A stretch of DNA of 63,122 nt, counting the filler, from Dirinaria sp. TL-2023a (lineage: Eukaryota), in assembly GCA_051941275.1 (NCBI GenBank). It is 8 parts of 8 records of this genome, joined end to end, with 100 filler letters (N's around TTAATTAATTAA, not from the genome) between each part and the next. Parts side by side here need not be neighbours in the genome. Positions count along the whole stretch, not along the records: positions 39,596 to 47,373 come from JAVEBF010001270.1; positions 47,474 to 55,249 come from JAVEBF010001271.1; positions 55,350 to 63,122 come from JAVEBF010001272.1; 5 more parts are not named here. One strand, written 5' to 3'. The notes below the pieces were generated by a model. It was not told the origin of the DNA. It was given only the letters and a program-made list of their open reading frames with translations, and ran no database searches. Position numbers and translations under genes: made by a program. Below, piece after piece: positions 44,290 to 58,539 of the stretch. How positions within the stretch are numbered: the first letter of the stretch is position 1; each line of letters starts with the position of its first letter.

Positions 44290-47200
44290 CCTGCTTGAAC
44301 CCTCCACGGCGAGTTGAGTTCCGCCATGAGTGCACAAGGAATGCAACCGTCTATCACGCTGGCAAAGTTCTTTCGGGAGACGTATAATATTATAGGGCCT
44401 CAAGCCGCTATAAGTATGCAACCGATTTCGAAAGGAATCCTCCAGGGAACACTTGAATGCGATTTGAGAGTCCTTGACAGGATTATGGCGAGCTTCGACA
44501 CGTGACTTCAAGCGATCTCTAAAGCAATAAACGAGACGGACTATAGCGAAAGCCGCATAGACAGAAAGTTGTCGAGTATGAGTAGAAGCTGGCATTGGCA
44601 AGATCTTATTACACTCAGGGAGGCTTGCCATGGTAAAAGATCAAAGCAATGAGGCGATATGAAACCGCACATAATGGCTTCCAGAATAGGAGATGCGGAT
44701 CTCCGAGATATAACAGCATGAGAGCCAAAGCCTCCATCTTACCATTACTCACCAAGTAGCCAAACCAACACGACTCAAACATAACGTCGAGCGGTGAGAA
44801 GGCGAGCAAGCCACACTGTGAGAGAACCAGGCGTCCTTGCAGGCTGGTCGGCAACAAATAATAGCGAGAATTCCGTATACCTCCAGAGGTGTGAGTGTCA
44901 CCGTTATAGATAGGGCGCCTTAAGCTAGATAAGGTACTTCGTTACCTGCGATAATGTACATAAATGAGAGTGGGCTGTGGCGGCAGCTAAGCGAATTAGG
45001 CCTGAAATCTGTGGCTAGTGATATGCGCCACAAAAAATATAGGATTACATGAGCTGAAGACTGCGTGCCAACGACTGGTGTCATTTCTGACTTGGAGAAA
45101 CGTCCCGCTTTCGTCTGATTGGCAGATAGGATAGTAAGGTAATGCATTCAAAAGCTTAGCATGTGGCTTTGCAAATCGATCGGCTAAGCTTACCCAGTAC
45201 AATGATATCTTAACAGCAATGTTATTTTCCGCAGTACTACTAAGGAACTGATGGCCCACAAAACATCTTGCAGTTCATGCAACCATTTTGGGGATATATC
45301 CCCCAAATGCGTCATAGCGTCATCTCACATAGATGCCTTCTTGTAATGCGAATCTTTTTTCTGCGCAGTTGGAGCAAAAGTCGTCGTGAAGTATTGTCCT
45401 TGTTCTACTCTTCTCATCACTATTGCTGCTACATCATGTCGTGGCTAACTAACAGTCAATGATTTTTGAGGTTTAGTCGGTAATATGAGGATGTGCTCGG
45501 GAAAATTAGCCTGATGGGGGCATTCTGCGTGTCAGTGCAGTGGTATTCCCAATGCCATGCTTGTCGGCCGAGTCCGCCGGCCTTCACATACCTAGGGAAA
45601 GCAGACGTACAAAAGCGAATCTGACCAAGGCTCTTGGTTGCGTGGGATCATTTTGTCGGCCGTGAAGACACTTACACCCGATGTGGCTTGAAGGGCTGAA
45701 GCCACAGACAGCATGAGCCACAGCGATATGTAAGGCAACCGGCAGGCCGGTCTGAGCACATGTACGGAGTATCCGACAGACCGTTCTTTGATGCTGCATC
45801 TCGATCTCACAGTGTGCGATTCCATGACAGAGTGCCTGCAGGAAGTCCTCTGCTGCCTATGATTAAGTTGTATACGGAGCGCAGCCCTGTTGACAAAGTC
45901 TGGCTCGAGGTGGTTGGCATCCTCGGTTCGGCTTAAGGTAGATAGGTATCATACTATAACTGAACCCAGGCAGCCAGGCTAGCGAAAACAACCCCACGAG
46001 AGCGATTAGTTCGGCGCGGCCGAACCACATAGAAACATATCTCATGCTCCTCTAAATGGTCGCCTGGAGGACTTACATTAACATGTAAGGTTGTGTATCT
46101 CTATAGCCCCCCTATCTCGAGCACCATGACATATTTCTTTCTCTGTACGGACGTAGGGAAAATACGAACATTTCGCGGCATACTTGCAGTTCCGCTGGTG
46201 CTGGTATGATGATGGAATGGCCTGCATGTATCGCCTGCAAAGACTTTTGGCATCCATAGGCTGCTTTCTAGGCAGATGCGAACTCGGAAGCTGTGGCAAA
46301 GTAAGTGTACCATGTTCATTACCTACCTTGGCTGAATAAGGTACGTTATTTCTGGAACGTCAGCACATCTCGAAACACGTTCAAGCGCGATTTCAATAGA
46401 TACTGTAAGGCTCACCATTTCTAAGTCTATGCTATTATCGAAGTACGATACGGATCTCATGCTATGTTCTGCTCAGCACTTGTGCGATTGAATTTGCTGG
46501 ACGTCAAATTCGATAGACTTATGTCTGTGTTAGTGTCCTTGTAACTTCAAATGAACCAGCCGTCGCTTCTTGATTATACTTGAATCGTCAAGGCACAGAA
46601 GCTTGATCTTCTAAAGTTCTGAAGAAAGATCGCTGGGACACAAGCCCCTCTCTGAAATGTATTGTTTATCTCTACTCTTCCCACTACTCGAGCGCTCAAT
46701 GTCATGTTGTCGATCATAAGCGTACTAGCGATAATTAATTGCACTGCGAGCGGAGTGCTATTTGCGACCCTGAGAGGAAAAAGTATTCTACAATGACAAG
46801 GAGCTAGTATCGTACGAGCGGAGCTTTTCCTGAGTATGTTAGTCACACAAGCAAATTTAATTTGCCCATATACCCATTGGAGCACATGAGCAAGGCCTTT
46901 TCTAAGACCTTTGATGAGCACATGCCAAAGAAATGATTGGATAAATGAGCATTAGCATATATATTTGCCCATCGAGAATATGCATTTGAGCATTCTACTC
47001 ATCCAAGGATTCAGAAGCCGAGCTTCTTCCCCATTGTTGCGGGCCTAATACCCTTATAAACTCACGGCAAACATTGGTCTTCGAGGTTTCAACCGCCGAG
47101 ACCTGACGATATCTCAAGGTTACAACTAGAAGCAGACTTTGGAAGGTCAATTTGCGATAGTCGGGCCTAAACAGATATGTGCTTCGCCCAGTTGATACCA

Positions 47201-47473
47201 ACAACTCAAACCATATTACCAAGTCAACTGTAGCACGTTTCGGAAGGGCGCAAACCACCTTTCGCATATGAAGGAGCTCGAAATTCTTGAAATTCATCAC
47301 ATAACTACATGTAATTTGTGCATTCTTTGAGCCGGATGGATGGATGGATACTTCATTAGGCACTCGGAGCCCGNNNNNNNNNNNNNNNNNNNNNNNNNNN
47401 NNNNNNNNNNNNNNNNNTTAATTAATTAANNNNNNNNNNNNNNNNNNNNNNNNNNNNNNNNNNNNNNNNNNNN

Positions 47474-48247
47474 GTTTTGGATCGTGCGCCGTGATGCGGC
47501 GGGGTTCGGTCAGTTGAAGATGCGGAGTTTGACCTCCGCCGGCCGGATCGATGGTGTTGAGATTCTAGCTCTGCTCGGGGGGAGCGAGAGCGGGAGTGCG
47601 AGCGTACTCGGTGCCTGTGTCTATGTTTGTCGCGCCTCGGCCTTTCGTGATGCTTGGAATGGTCCCGGCTGTGTGAACGACGATGGCGCCGTTCTCGCTC
47701 CTTGTGCCGTTGCCTCCTGGAGCTTGAGGGATTCCTTTCATCCTGGCTGGAGTCTTCGGAGTATCTGCGCCGTCTTCTGAGGTTCTCGCTGTCGTCATAA
47801 GTTCGAGAATTGCTCGCTTGGAAATGCTTGTGCCCTCTTCCCTTCCTGATCACACGATCCTCGTCGTCATCGTGGTCGATGCGTTGGCGCTTTAAACTTC
47901 GTTCATCATCCCCCCTTTCTCCGTTTGCTGTCGCCGCTCTGCTATCTCTTTTTAGTTTTCGTAGGCGTGCTCTTGCATCTTCCGCTTCCTTCACTTTCAG
48001 TGCCGCGTTGTGGTTGTCCGTCTCGCGGATGATGTTCTTCAGGAATCTGGTGTTGGGTTTAGGCGCATTTGTAGTAGGTCTACACGATCTGTTAGGATCT
48101 TGCAGATGAATTTAATACCTATGTCACTAACCTTTTTGGCAATAAAGCTCCTAAGCCGTATGAGGAGAATTTGATGGTGCTGTCTTTGGCATCTTTCGCT
48201 AGAAGGCTTGCAACGTAATCATCGGACAAAGTGTCATTGGACGGCAT
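47474..48247 (-). CDS. Conserved fungal Arg/Ser-rich nuclear protein, 3' truncated
   Basis: DDYVASLLAKDAK and PKPNTRFLKNIIRETDNHNAAL motifs, RS/RH-rich tail, one intron. Confidence 0.75.
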
Positions 48248-48500
48248 GGCTCATGGTAAAATCATTCGTCAAGTCTTATGCATAGACATAACATGAAATC
48301 GTTGTTGGCAAGTAAAGAAAGATGGTCAAGTCGCCAGGATTCACTCCGTACTTCTAGCGCCAAAGGCCATTAAATCTTATCTTAGCGTAGCCCTTATCCT
48401 TTATCCAAACGCGTAAACATTGCCAAGCCTAAACATTGGAACTTCGACAACTCAAGAGTATACTCTTGCGTTTTAAAAGCCTTTTCCAAGGCGCAGCAGT

Positions 48501-49468
48501 ATGGCAGATGATATTTCAGATACACTTAATGCTCTCTCTTCTCTTCAAGAGCAACCTCTAAACATAATCCGTCTCAGCGAACCATTCTCGGCCCCTCAAT
48601 CATCTACACGTACCTCCGATGCCTCGAACTCGGCTCTCGAGAACCCTTCACCGGCCTCGCTGGAGGCCGACCTCGCTCACTATAAGGAACGCTGATACTC
48701 TGAATTTATGCTACTTTATTCCTAACAGTGTATGTAGGAACTCTTCTCCAAATTGCGCTTCTCCTACCTGGAGCAAGTCACAAAAGAGAAATTCCTGCGC
48801 GCAATTGTCGGGGACCCGCCACTCATTGTCGAGCACCAAGAGAACATCGAACTGGAATCGCAGCTTGCGGAAGTAAAAGCGGTTCTCAAGGAGCAGAAGG
48901 AGCATGTTGCGCAAATGGTCAAAGATCTGGAGACAAAGGGAAGAGAGCTGGCTAAACGTATACCCAGCCCCAACTTCTGCATCCGAAGAATCAAAAGACT
49001 GATTTTGAGATTGATTGGTCGCATGCAGGCTACGAAACGGTTCAGCTGCAGACGACTCAGCTCAATTCCCTCCCACCACAGATCGCCTCTCTCAACGAAA
49101 CGATCACCGCTCTGCGCAGCACCCTCCAACAACCGGCCTCATCATCCACAGCCTCGCCAAACCTAGCATTACCTCTGGATGCGACATTGGCTCTGGTCTC
49201 CGAACGCCGGAACGAGATCGAGGCACTCGATGAGCAGATCAAGTCTCTGCAACAGGGTTTAGGCGCAAAGACGACAGCACTGGAGGAGGCTCAGAGCGAC
49301 CTTAAGCTGCTGGAGGAACAAGCGGAGGTCGCGGTTCAGGCGGCTAGCGAAGCTGGTAGGAGAAGGGGTGGTGCAGAGGGCGTTGATGAGCTCGAGATGA
49401 GGGGGCGGTGGCTGCAAGGGGTGGAGTATAGCTTGAGAAATATGCTGGATGTAGATGCGGTGGCTTGA
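48501..49468 (+). CDS. Kinetochore protein Sos7/Kre28-like, 3 exons
   Basis: ADLAHYK-ELFSKLRFSYLEQVTKEKFLRAIVGDPP motif followed by coiled coil. Confidence 0.8.
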
Positions 49469-50416
49469 AAGATGGGCTTTATTCTGTTTTGGACGAATAT
49501 TGTGGAGCGAAATGAACCGCTCGGGAAACTAGGTGCTGAAAATCAGTAGCTTCGACAGATACCCCGGTCAATATAATTTCGAATGATGAAGGAATCCAAT
49601 AATTCAACTAAGTACATGGTATTTCTTGAATAGAGTGGATACATCATTAAAATGGCATCTTGATTGCCAATCCGGTGCTTCCCCAGTCACAGGTATCTCC
49701 TACCAATCATGCATCCTATCAAGACCGTCAGCCTACAAACTTGAACACGTTTGTTACCCCTTCATGATGTTACCTCATAAGTCATTCTTGGGAATCCGAC
49801 ACAGAGAAAAATCACTGTAGTCAAATGTCTCTCGTCCGCTGCTCAGCAGCTTTAGACACTCTATGTTTTGCGCAAACACCGTGTATCCCTTGACGGATCC
49901 TGCTTCAACCAATCCTTATATCATAATCACAGTGCAAGAGGACTCAAAAGTAAATTTGAGGGGTTTGACAAAGTTGACAGTCCAAGGGATGTGACTCGAC
50001 GAGAACTTGGATAAGCATCGCAATGTACAGGTTTTAAAGTGAAGGGTTGCAAAGCTGGTATGATCTCAAATCAGACGCTCTAGGTACAGTGTCTGCGCAA
50101 AGACAAACGACATCGAGTATTTTAACATCCATCGGGGTATTTATTCGCTATTCCCCCGAGGATCGAACTGACAGCAGTGACCGCTCTAACAAACACGAGT
50201 GGGTTATCTTACATGCAAGCTGCTAGAACACCGGACGCAGCATTTCGTTTTCGTTTGATGGAGAAAGAACAAGTGACAGAGCAATTCAACTTAAAGCTTG
50301 GGGGTATCCGGACGGAGTCAGCGAACAGCTCGCCAAGGCCTTGCTGCCATCACTGCAGTGGGGAAAGGCCCGAGTTTTGAATTCTTGCGTGACGAACCAT
50401 GAAGGGAACCGATCCT

Positions 50417-53243
50417 TTACGACGCCGTCCGCCTGCCTCTATCCTGATCGTACTCCAGACCGAGATCGTGTAACTTCTGAATCTGGATTTTGTTGAGCGG
50501 GACATACTGGAAGTTCTCAGGCAAATTGTGCCCGGCTCTATAAAAAAGTGGTTAGCATTATTGCGTTGGTGTAAGAAAACAGGCGTCAGCACGAACTTGA
50601 GGAAATCCAACTTCATGTTGCGAGCCTTGTCTTTGAGAGCGACTTGATCACGACGTGCCAATACATGATGCTTCTTAAGATCGATATCCTTGAGAAGTCT
50701 CCAGCTCGTGCCGTGCTCTTCGATTAGTTCTAGAAGAGTCTGGGTTTCTTCGTCGGTCCAGGCAGTGCGGACCTGTACCTTCTTCGGCTGAGAAGCTGAC
50801 ACTGTGAGAGCAAGGTCATGGCTGGCCTGATAGACATCGAGCGTCGAAGGTGGGGGACTACCACGCTGATTGTAATTGCTGACAGTGGTTGCAAGATCGT
50901 CGTTGTCGGCCTGGCTTTGCGCCTGGCTTTGCGCTTGCCTCTGCGCTTGACTATTGCGCCCTTTTCTAGGCGCTCGTTGCTGAGCAGCTTTCTTCGATCC
51001 TCCTACAGGCTTTGATCTACGCTTCGCTGGAATATCTGGGCTTCGATCGTCTTGCTGGAAGCCTTCATCTTGGCTCGGGTCTATCTCAATGTCATCTCCC
51101 TCAATAGCTGTAGCGTGATCGCGCTTGGTTCCGGTACTATTCGATGCTACGCCTTGGGAGAAGGCAGAATCTTCCCATTCGACGCGCTGTGCATTTGGTT
51201 GGCGGTCGATAAGTTTTCGAGGGCCTAACGCTTGGCGGTGCGTGCTTGCCGGAGGAGGCATGGCGTACTGGTGATTGACGGCGATATTCCCCTTGTTCAT
51301 AGCAGCTTCAAGTACACCCATTGCGAATGCTTGGGGGTTGGTGTCGGGCGTTATCCCCATGGGTTCGTCTTCGATCTGAGCAGGCTGCCAATCATCGCCA
51401 TTCAGAGCGCCGCTCATGAAACCTTCATCGTTAGAAACCATTGCAACGTTCGACATACCTCCGTTCGGTGCTTGACTGGGCCCCATGATCGCAACTGGGG
51501 CCATAGATTGGCTGTTTGGATTTTGGTACTGTGCATAACGAGCTTCCAGACCACGGAGATATTGAGCGCCAACGAGCATCGCTCCTGGCGTCTTGAACCT
51601 GGCGAGATTTTAGCTTTACAGGCTTACAGTCCACATCGCACAGCAAGTTGAGAAAAACTTACTGTACCTTGGTCCCACGGCCACTGACACTTCTCGCAGC
51701 TGCAAGCCGATTGAGCGAACTCCGGTCAGATGCTGTGTTGGAGATTGCCGATGGTGATGGGTAACTCAGTTCCACTACGGGACTAGTCCCATTTCGAGCC
51801 AGATCGAGAGCCCCTGAAGCGACTCGGGACTGCACTTCACCACTAAGTGCCTCAACAATAGCCTCGACGCCGCCGTGAGTCTGAATCAAGGTATCTATCT
51901 CATCCAGGCGGGATTTAGACCACGCGATCATCTTAGTGACGAAAGCGTTCCACGGGAACGCAGCTTTCAGGGGTCGATGCACAGCCCTACCATCGGAAAA
52001 GTGGCTTCGTATGTCGGTCATGCGGCGCACAATCAGAGCCTGATACTCTTGATTCAAATCGTTCTCTTTGAGGCCTGGAGCGCTCCAGCCTTTCAAGGGA
52101 GAGGCAGAGTTACTGACGTAGAATGCTTGTTGAAGGATGATATCGGGGTCAAAGTTCGGCACGTCAGAGTATCGCGTCAACAGCATAATGAAATGCTGCG
52201 TACGCACGTCCACCGCGGCGCTGAAATCCTCGATAGTAGATGCACGGCTGAGGAAAGGAGATGGGAAGAACTTTTCCAGGAAATCGAGGTGATCATTGTT
52301 GAAAGCCTCTCCCCAAGACCTGGTAACAATCACCAGAAATGTCGAAATATTGGCTTTATGAAGCATTGGATTCGGATACCAAGGCTCATCGGAATCATCA
52401 GCTTCAGGCGATCCCAGCAACGCTGTCAGGACGGACTGTGTCGATATATAGTCCTCGATGCTGTCGCCATATATGCCTTTTTGGGCCTGCAGAACACTGC
52501 TGAGGCGCTTGACGTTCTTGCTTAGTCTTGAGTCAGGATAGAGCAAGTCTTGTCGCATGCTAGCGACAACTTCCTCGGTGACCTCCTCTGGAATCAGCCA
52601 TTGCGCTACCTTATCCGCGGCGGCGCTAAGGTCTGGAAGCGTATCTAGCATGTCCTGGACATTCGAGTCCTTCAATGCCTGCTTTGCAATCGATGTGCGC
52701 GCTGTAGTACCTGAAAGTGCTCCAGGCGTGCTTTGGTCGACCAATTGCAAGCCATGATTAGCGCTCTGCTGTAGATTGGGATACGCAACATCGGATTCCT
52801 CTGCGACTACGGAAAGCTCTGGATCGACTTTGGAAGTTAGTGGTTGCACATACTATTTAGTCGAAGTGTCGCGCTTTGATGATCAAGTTGGAGACTTCGC
52901 AATGAAGAGAGCGTGATTTTGGAGGTGAATTCCAAATGCAAGACCACTAATACATACCTTGCGCAGCACTTGCCAATGCATTGGGTTTTTCTTTGGACCC
53001 ATTGGCATTCTTCTCATTCTTTGCGCCTTGGAGACCTTGGCCGGTCGCTTGCCTCGTGCTTCTTCTGCCGCCTTTTGCGCCAATACGCCCGGCTTCACTA
53101 TCACTCACATCTCGACTCTGGCTTCTTGTGGCCCGAGTGGTGCGACGCGGAGACGACTGCTGAGGCGCGTTGGCCGCATCGTGAGATTTCGGAGGCGATT
53201 GTGATGTGTTGAGGCGATTTCGTGCCGAAGTGCGGTCAGCCAT
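50417..53243 (-). CDS. Telobox-type Myb-domain protein (TRF/Taz1-like telomere-repeat-binding factor candidate), multi-exon
   Basis: C-terminal AWTDEETQTLLELIEEHGTSW...RDQVALKDKARNMK. Three ORF-track pieces plus a last exon ending TAA at 50417. Confidence 0.75.
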
Positions 53244-53848
53244 AATAGATCAGCTCGTGCTGAGCTAGCACGAGCTGTAAATGATGTTATGATGAGCAAA
53301 CAAAAACACGATCGACTAAAAATAAGTGAACTGGGCTGTCTCTATGAAACGCAACTGATACCCGATAGAGGCTGGATGATACCTTTAGGTATCGTGATGG
53401 CGAGGGTTGGGGTTGGGGTTGCTCAGGTACGAGGGGAACGAGGGTTAGGAGAGGAGAGGAGGCCTGTGTGTGCCCTGCCCTGCTCTGTTATGATTGACTT
53501 TTAGCGTGCCTATTCGGGTTAGCGCTGGATGTGCCACTCACTCACGTGACAAAGCCTTCTCCCTGTGGATGCCCCGTTCCATCTGCCAAGCCTGTACCTG
53601 GACTGTACCTTACATTCGATTATCCCCATTCCCCGTATACACTGCTTTGAACAATCTTTGACGCACTGCTCGATTTGTCGATTTGCTGCATTGATTCAAA
53701 ATCTTCAGAAGCCATATCATCGACCATTGTAGTTACTATGATGTCTGGCCTCTGAAACCGAACGAGGAACCCTGCTTGCAAAAAATTGCATTGGAGCCTT
53801 GAAACATCAGGGGAACTCCGGAAGAGCAGAGAATCTTGTTCTTAAGTC

Positions 53849-55249
53849 ATGAGACTGCGACAGTGTCCATCACCACTCTTCTTATTACTCCTATCATCAC
53901 TTCACCTCGTCTCTGCCCTCAAGCCAACAGATCTTCCCCTGAAGCATGACTATGGGAAAGACGTGGCAGACTTGGCCGAAGGGCGAGGATCGAGCCAGAA
54001 AGACTTGGGCGGCCCAGAGCACAACACACAAAGCGATTATGATGCACCCAAATATGCATCATCTGTCCAAGCGAAAGATGCACCCATAGACGGAAAGGAC
54101 GGTAGGCCTCACACGGGGCCATGGGTTGAAACAAGCGCTCAAAGAGATCGGAAGAAGGCCAAAGAGAAAGGTGAAAGCGAGAAGACGACTTCGAGCGAGA
54201 AAAGCCCTCCGAAAGGGAAGGTACCGGCGAAGGACGGAAAAGAAATACCAGAGACGAACGATGGGGTCATGGACGATCCCTACAGAGCCGGACCGAAAGA
54301 GGGTACTAGGGGCACGGAGGGAGGGATCTCGGAGAAGAGCAAAGAGAAGGAAGGGCAATTGGCTGGCGTTGGAGCAGAAGAAGGGAAAAAGCCGGATCCG
54401 CCTAAAGAGGCCCCACCACTGCCACATAGTGAAGAGCAGACCGTTGGCGGAAAGGAGTCTGGGAAGAAAGGCACAGATGCAAGTACGGACGACGGGGACA
54501 AATCCAAAAGTGACAAGGCCAAAGGAGAAAAGGGAAAGGAGAAAAGCAAAGAGCTCGGCGGGCTTGAGGTATGAACGCCGACGAATCGCGCTTCGCAGCA
54601 CTGATAAAAAAAAAACAATACGCTAACTCTCCTCAACACAACGCAGAAACCAGAAGATCTCCCAGAAAAGCCGCACGACATTCCGCATCCCCTTCCTCCA
54701 TCAGCGCCCAAATCCGACCCTCTAGCTATCCTCGCCCCCTTCACACCCTCGATCCCTCTCCTCGCCTCAGCACCCGAATCCCTCATCCAACCCCTCCACT
54801 CCTTTGTCCTATCCCTAACCATGATCATCTTCTCCGAAATCGGCGACAAAACCTTCCTCATCGCGGCACTCATGGCGATGAAACACCCCCGCATCGTAGT
54901 CTTCACAGCGGCCTTCTCCGCTCTCATCGCAATGACAATCCTAAGCGCCGTACTGGGCCACGCGGTCCCGACCCTGATCCCGAAACGCTTCACAAACTTC
55001 GCCGCGGCGGCCCTCTTCCTCGTCTTTGGGGCCAAGATGCTGCGAGAAGGATACGTCATCCCGCGAGACCAGGGCGTCAGCGAAGAAATGAAAGAAGTGG
55101 AGATGGAGCTCGAAGAGAAAGAGCTCGAAGCGCGCAAAACCGGGCGGCGGCGCAGCTCCTTGACCCCCTACACCCTCGAAGCCGGCCGACATCCTCCCAT
55201 CAACACGCGCAAAACCCGCTCCACCGCCCGCCTGCCCGCGCCCCCGGAC
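53849..55249 (+). CDS. GDT1: GDT1/TMEM165 (UPF0016) cation transporter, 3' truncated
   Basis: Signal peptide, long hydrophilic N-terminus, intron near 54569-54646, SEIGDKTFLIAALMAM signature. Confidence 0.9.
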
Positions 55250-56648
55250 NNNNNNNNNNNNNNNNNNNNNNNNNNNNNNNNNNNNNNNNNNNNTTAATTA
55301 ATTAANNNNNNNNNNNNNNNNNNNNNNNNNNNNNNNNNNNNNNNNNNNNATGATGTACTGAAGGCACTTCTGTCAGCGGATTTGCTGGCTGTTGCGGCTT
55401 TAGAGCTGCGCTTGTCGTCTAATCCCTGTCTCGGAGCTTGATTGGCTATCGCTGACGTCCCTTCGCGGTCTAGCTTCATCGCATTCCTACCTACGGCCAT
55501 AACGTGCCTCCATAATGTTCAATGCCAGACTCCTTCATAACAGATCTCGTGATATCTTGATCAGACCGCATCGCGTGACCCTCGATACCCGTTCAATCAC
55601 AAAACAGAGCCATTTTGCCGGACCGATTGCAAATGTGGCTGTGCGACGAGATCGACCCGAACCAAATCTGAATAGTGGCTGCTCGGTACCTCCGACGGGA
55701 CTTTCCGCACTTGCCACAAGTCTATTTTCGGCACTGTGGCAAGTGCGCTTAACCGTCAATGGAAGTCGTGAAGAGGCATCAACGCCCGACCAGCAACTAC
55801 TCGGTACGAGGACAGCAGGGAAACTCATGCATGCTGGCTTTGCAGAGACTGCCTATTCTAAGAAGTCGTGCTCTCAATCTGCAGTCAATATATGCGCGTA
55901 TCGTGGACACACCCGTTTTCAGAAATTTACGCCTTTCTCTAGTAAACTTCATGCTGAAGATCTTCCATACTGCAGTGCCGTTCCGTTGTTGTCAAGTACT
56001 CTAATTCAAGAATAGTAGTCTTCCGATCTCCCGACATCCGTGATGGCGTGCATGTGTTTTCCTAAGCTTCCTTGAGCTCTTTTCAGACTTGAATCTCGGC
56101 TTAGGGTCGTTCGAGGGTTTGCCAGGCAATCAAGACGTTCCATTGTCATGGGATGAAATCTTGACAACGTTGTCTCGAAATCAGCATACCGCTCGACATA
56201 CGACAGACGGGTTTCCAATCCCAGCCAGTGAATGCGTTATAGTCGGAGCAGGAATAAAAGATGGGGAAGGGACCGGCGCCCCCTTCGTCGATGTGGCTCT
56301 AAAGAATATGCTGTGCTGGAAAACCGAGCAGCTTGCACGGTAGAATGCAGCTACTCGTATTGCCTAGTGCTGCTATGACAAGAACCGTCTCTGTTCGAGT
56401 TCCTGAAACCATCAATTGTTTCACTCGATTTGAGAGTAGCCATAACGACCCATAGCTCGTTCTGCAGGCTACCCTGTCACCGAGCCATCGTGAATATGAC
56501 TCACGGTCACGACAAACACGCGAAAATGTCACGACTGCTGTCTTTTGTATATCGCGCTTGTCGAGCTTCTCCTCTCTGACACTAATGGTCCCGATAATAC
56601 GGGACTGTAAGTCTGACTATCGATAGCCTTCCAATCAGCCCAAATTAC

Positions 56649-58247
56649 TTAGTAGATTCCAGGCAAAATCCGCGACGGTACTTTTTTGGTGTATTCCTCC
56701 CAGTCCTTGCCATATTTTCGTCTACACTTCTCCTCGTCTCTCCTCTCCCGATGGATCAGGAGTATGGCGAAATAGAGTATGTAAAAGTAGGTGAAAAACG
56801 TCCCCCAGCCCCTAGCCTCTCCTTGAACCACTTCTGTTGTGACAGGCGATCCCCCGGTGATTCCACCATCTGCAGGCGACCGATCGACGTCTGACACCAA
56901 TGACTTAGCAATTATTTGGTAGCCTGCTACGCCGGTGGGCAAGCAGTATGACCAAGCCATTATAAAGTCCCCAAGATAATTGATATGCCGTGCTGTTCCC
57001 CACCAACCCGATATCAGCAGTTTGCTGCCTGCTTTAGTATTCATGTATTTCAAGTGGCCTACTCGAGGATCGTTGGGGTCGGTACGAAAGCGATTTTTTT
57101 CGTTATTGGCCCCCCGGAAAATGTAGTACCCTACCGCCTGTGGAAGTAGCACGCCGAGGATTCCCAGTGGGCCGAGATTCACTGGATAGATGGCGAGGTA
57201 GCGTGCTTGAAGAGAATAGATGAAAGGCAGCCAAACGAGATCCCCAAATGCAAGCATGAAGCCAAAGCCATCCGTAGTGATGTCAATGGTGGTGAGAATT
57301 GCATGTTCCATCCAAAGCGCATCGAGCACATACACTGTTTGAAAAATGGTAATCAGGAGAATACTGTCGCTCACGTAGCCATACATCTTGTACTGATGCG
57401 CAATGAAAGCAAGATCGAGTAAGACCCAGCCAAGCATACCAGGACGCAGTTCACAAAAAGCCTTGACATCTATAGTACCGAAAATGGGCAGGGTAAAACG
57501 CGGGTTGAGCTCGCGACCCATGAACCAATCGTACACTATATTGCCAGAATGCCCGCCTGCTGCTAATTCACGCTTGTCAATGTTGCCTGCCTTGACGGAG
57601 AAGCTGCGATAATAGACAAAACATGCTAGAGCAAAGGCTATAATGAAGTTTACGGTAATCAGCTGAACAAAGCGATCCCAGATGAAGGTCCAAAGCGGGA
57701 AATCGGGTCCCTGGATGGCGGTCCCCGCTCCTACAACCACGAGCGTCAGGACTGCCGAATTGAATGCTTTATAGAATTAGCCTTTGGTTCTCGCGCTCTA
57801 GGTTAGACCTACCGTTGAACTTATATTTAAGCTTTCCTCCGGAGCTGAGTTCGACTCCTTGTGCCTCCGTACCCGGAAGAATGACTTGCAGTAATAAGCT
57901 GAGGCTGTAATAGCCAAGTACCCATCCAGCAGTTTCTAGATCTACAAGGCCTAACACGCCCGCTGCCGGCCAGCCGGCTTCTTCTTTCAGTTTCGTAATG
58001 GTGAGGCTCTTAGGATGAAGTGTTGACGGAATGGGACACCCGGAGACATCATTGCATAAGAAGGCTGCAACAAAGCATAGTAGAGGTAGTACGATAGAAA
58101 TAACAGTAACACCGAGTCTGGAAATACATTAGTCTAGGAGTTTGCATTGCAACACTCGAAAAGAACGGAAAGAACCGACGGTCCACAAAACTCATAGCCA
58201 TGTGCAGAACTTGCAAGTAAGTGAGACTTGCGCTGGCTTCCCGACAT
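56649..58247 (-). CDS. ERG24: Delta(14)-sterol reductase, 3 exons
   Basis: HGYEFCGP, YDWFMGRELNPR, FCELRPG, DITTDGFGFMLAFGDL, LLISGWWGTARHINYLGD, C-terminal ILPGIY. Confidence 0.93.
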
Positions 58248-58539
58248 GGTGGTTGTACTGATAGCTGAGGTAAGTCATGTACACACATAAAGTACATTAC
58301 GTGCATACTTCGAGCAGAGACGGTACACGAAATAGCCCCATTAGTCATCATGCGCTAAACCCGTGTCGGATACGCCGGATTTTCGGGTCAGGCTCCGACC
58401 ACCCTGGTCCATGGGTCTGGCGTCAATCATCAGTATCCCTCTATCATGAGCCTTGCCGTCTGACGAGTGAAGTCCTTTTGACGGGATCCAGCACCCAGCA
58501 CTAGGTTGACAACAATCTACGCATTTTCTACCGGCCACA

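Noticed and set aside
44615..47363. Many short ORFs upstream of the C2H2 gene
   Set aside because: No recognisable motifs or consistent splice structure; treated as intergenic.
54059..55137. Long antisense ORFs over GDT1 (and similar ones over GPX, BTB and Myb genes)
   Set aside because: Shadow ORFs expected from the GC-rich codon usage of the sense genes.
7850..55349. Regularly spaced TTAATTAATTAA motifs about every 7.9 kb, and any gene cluster spanning them
   Set aside because: These are artificial six-frame-stop linkers between length-sorted contigs, so neighbourhood across them has no meaning.
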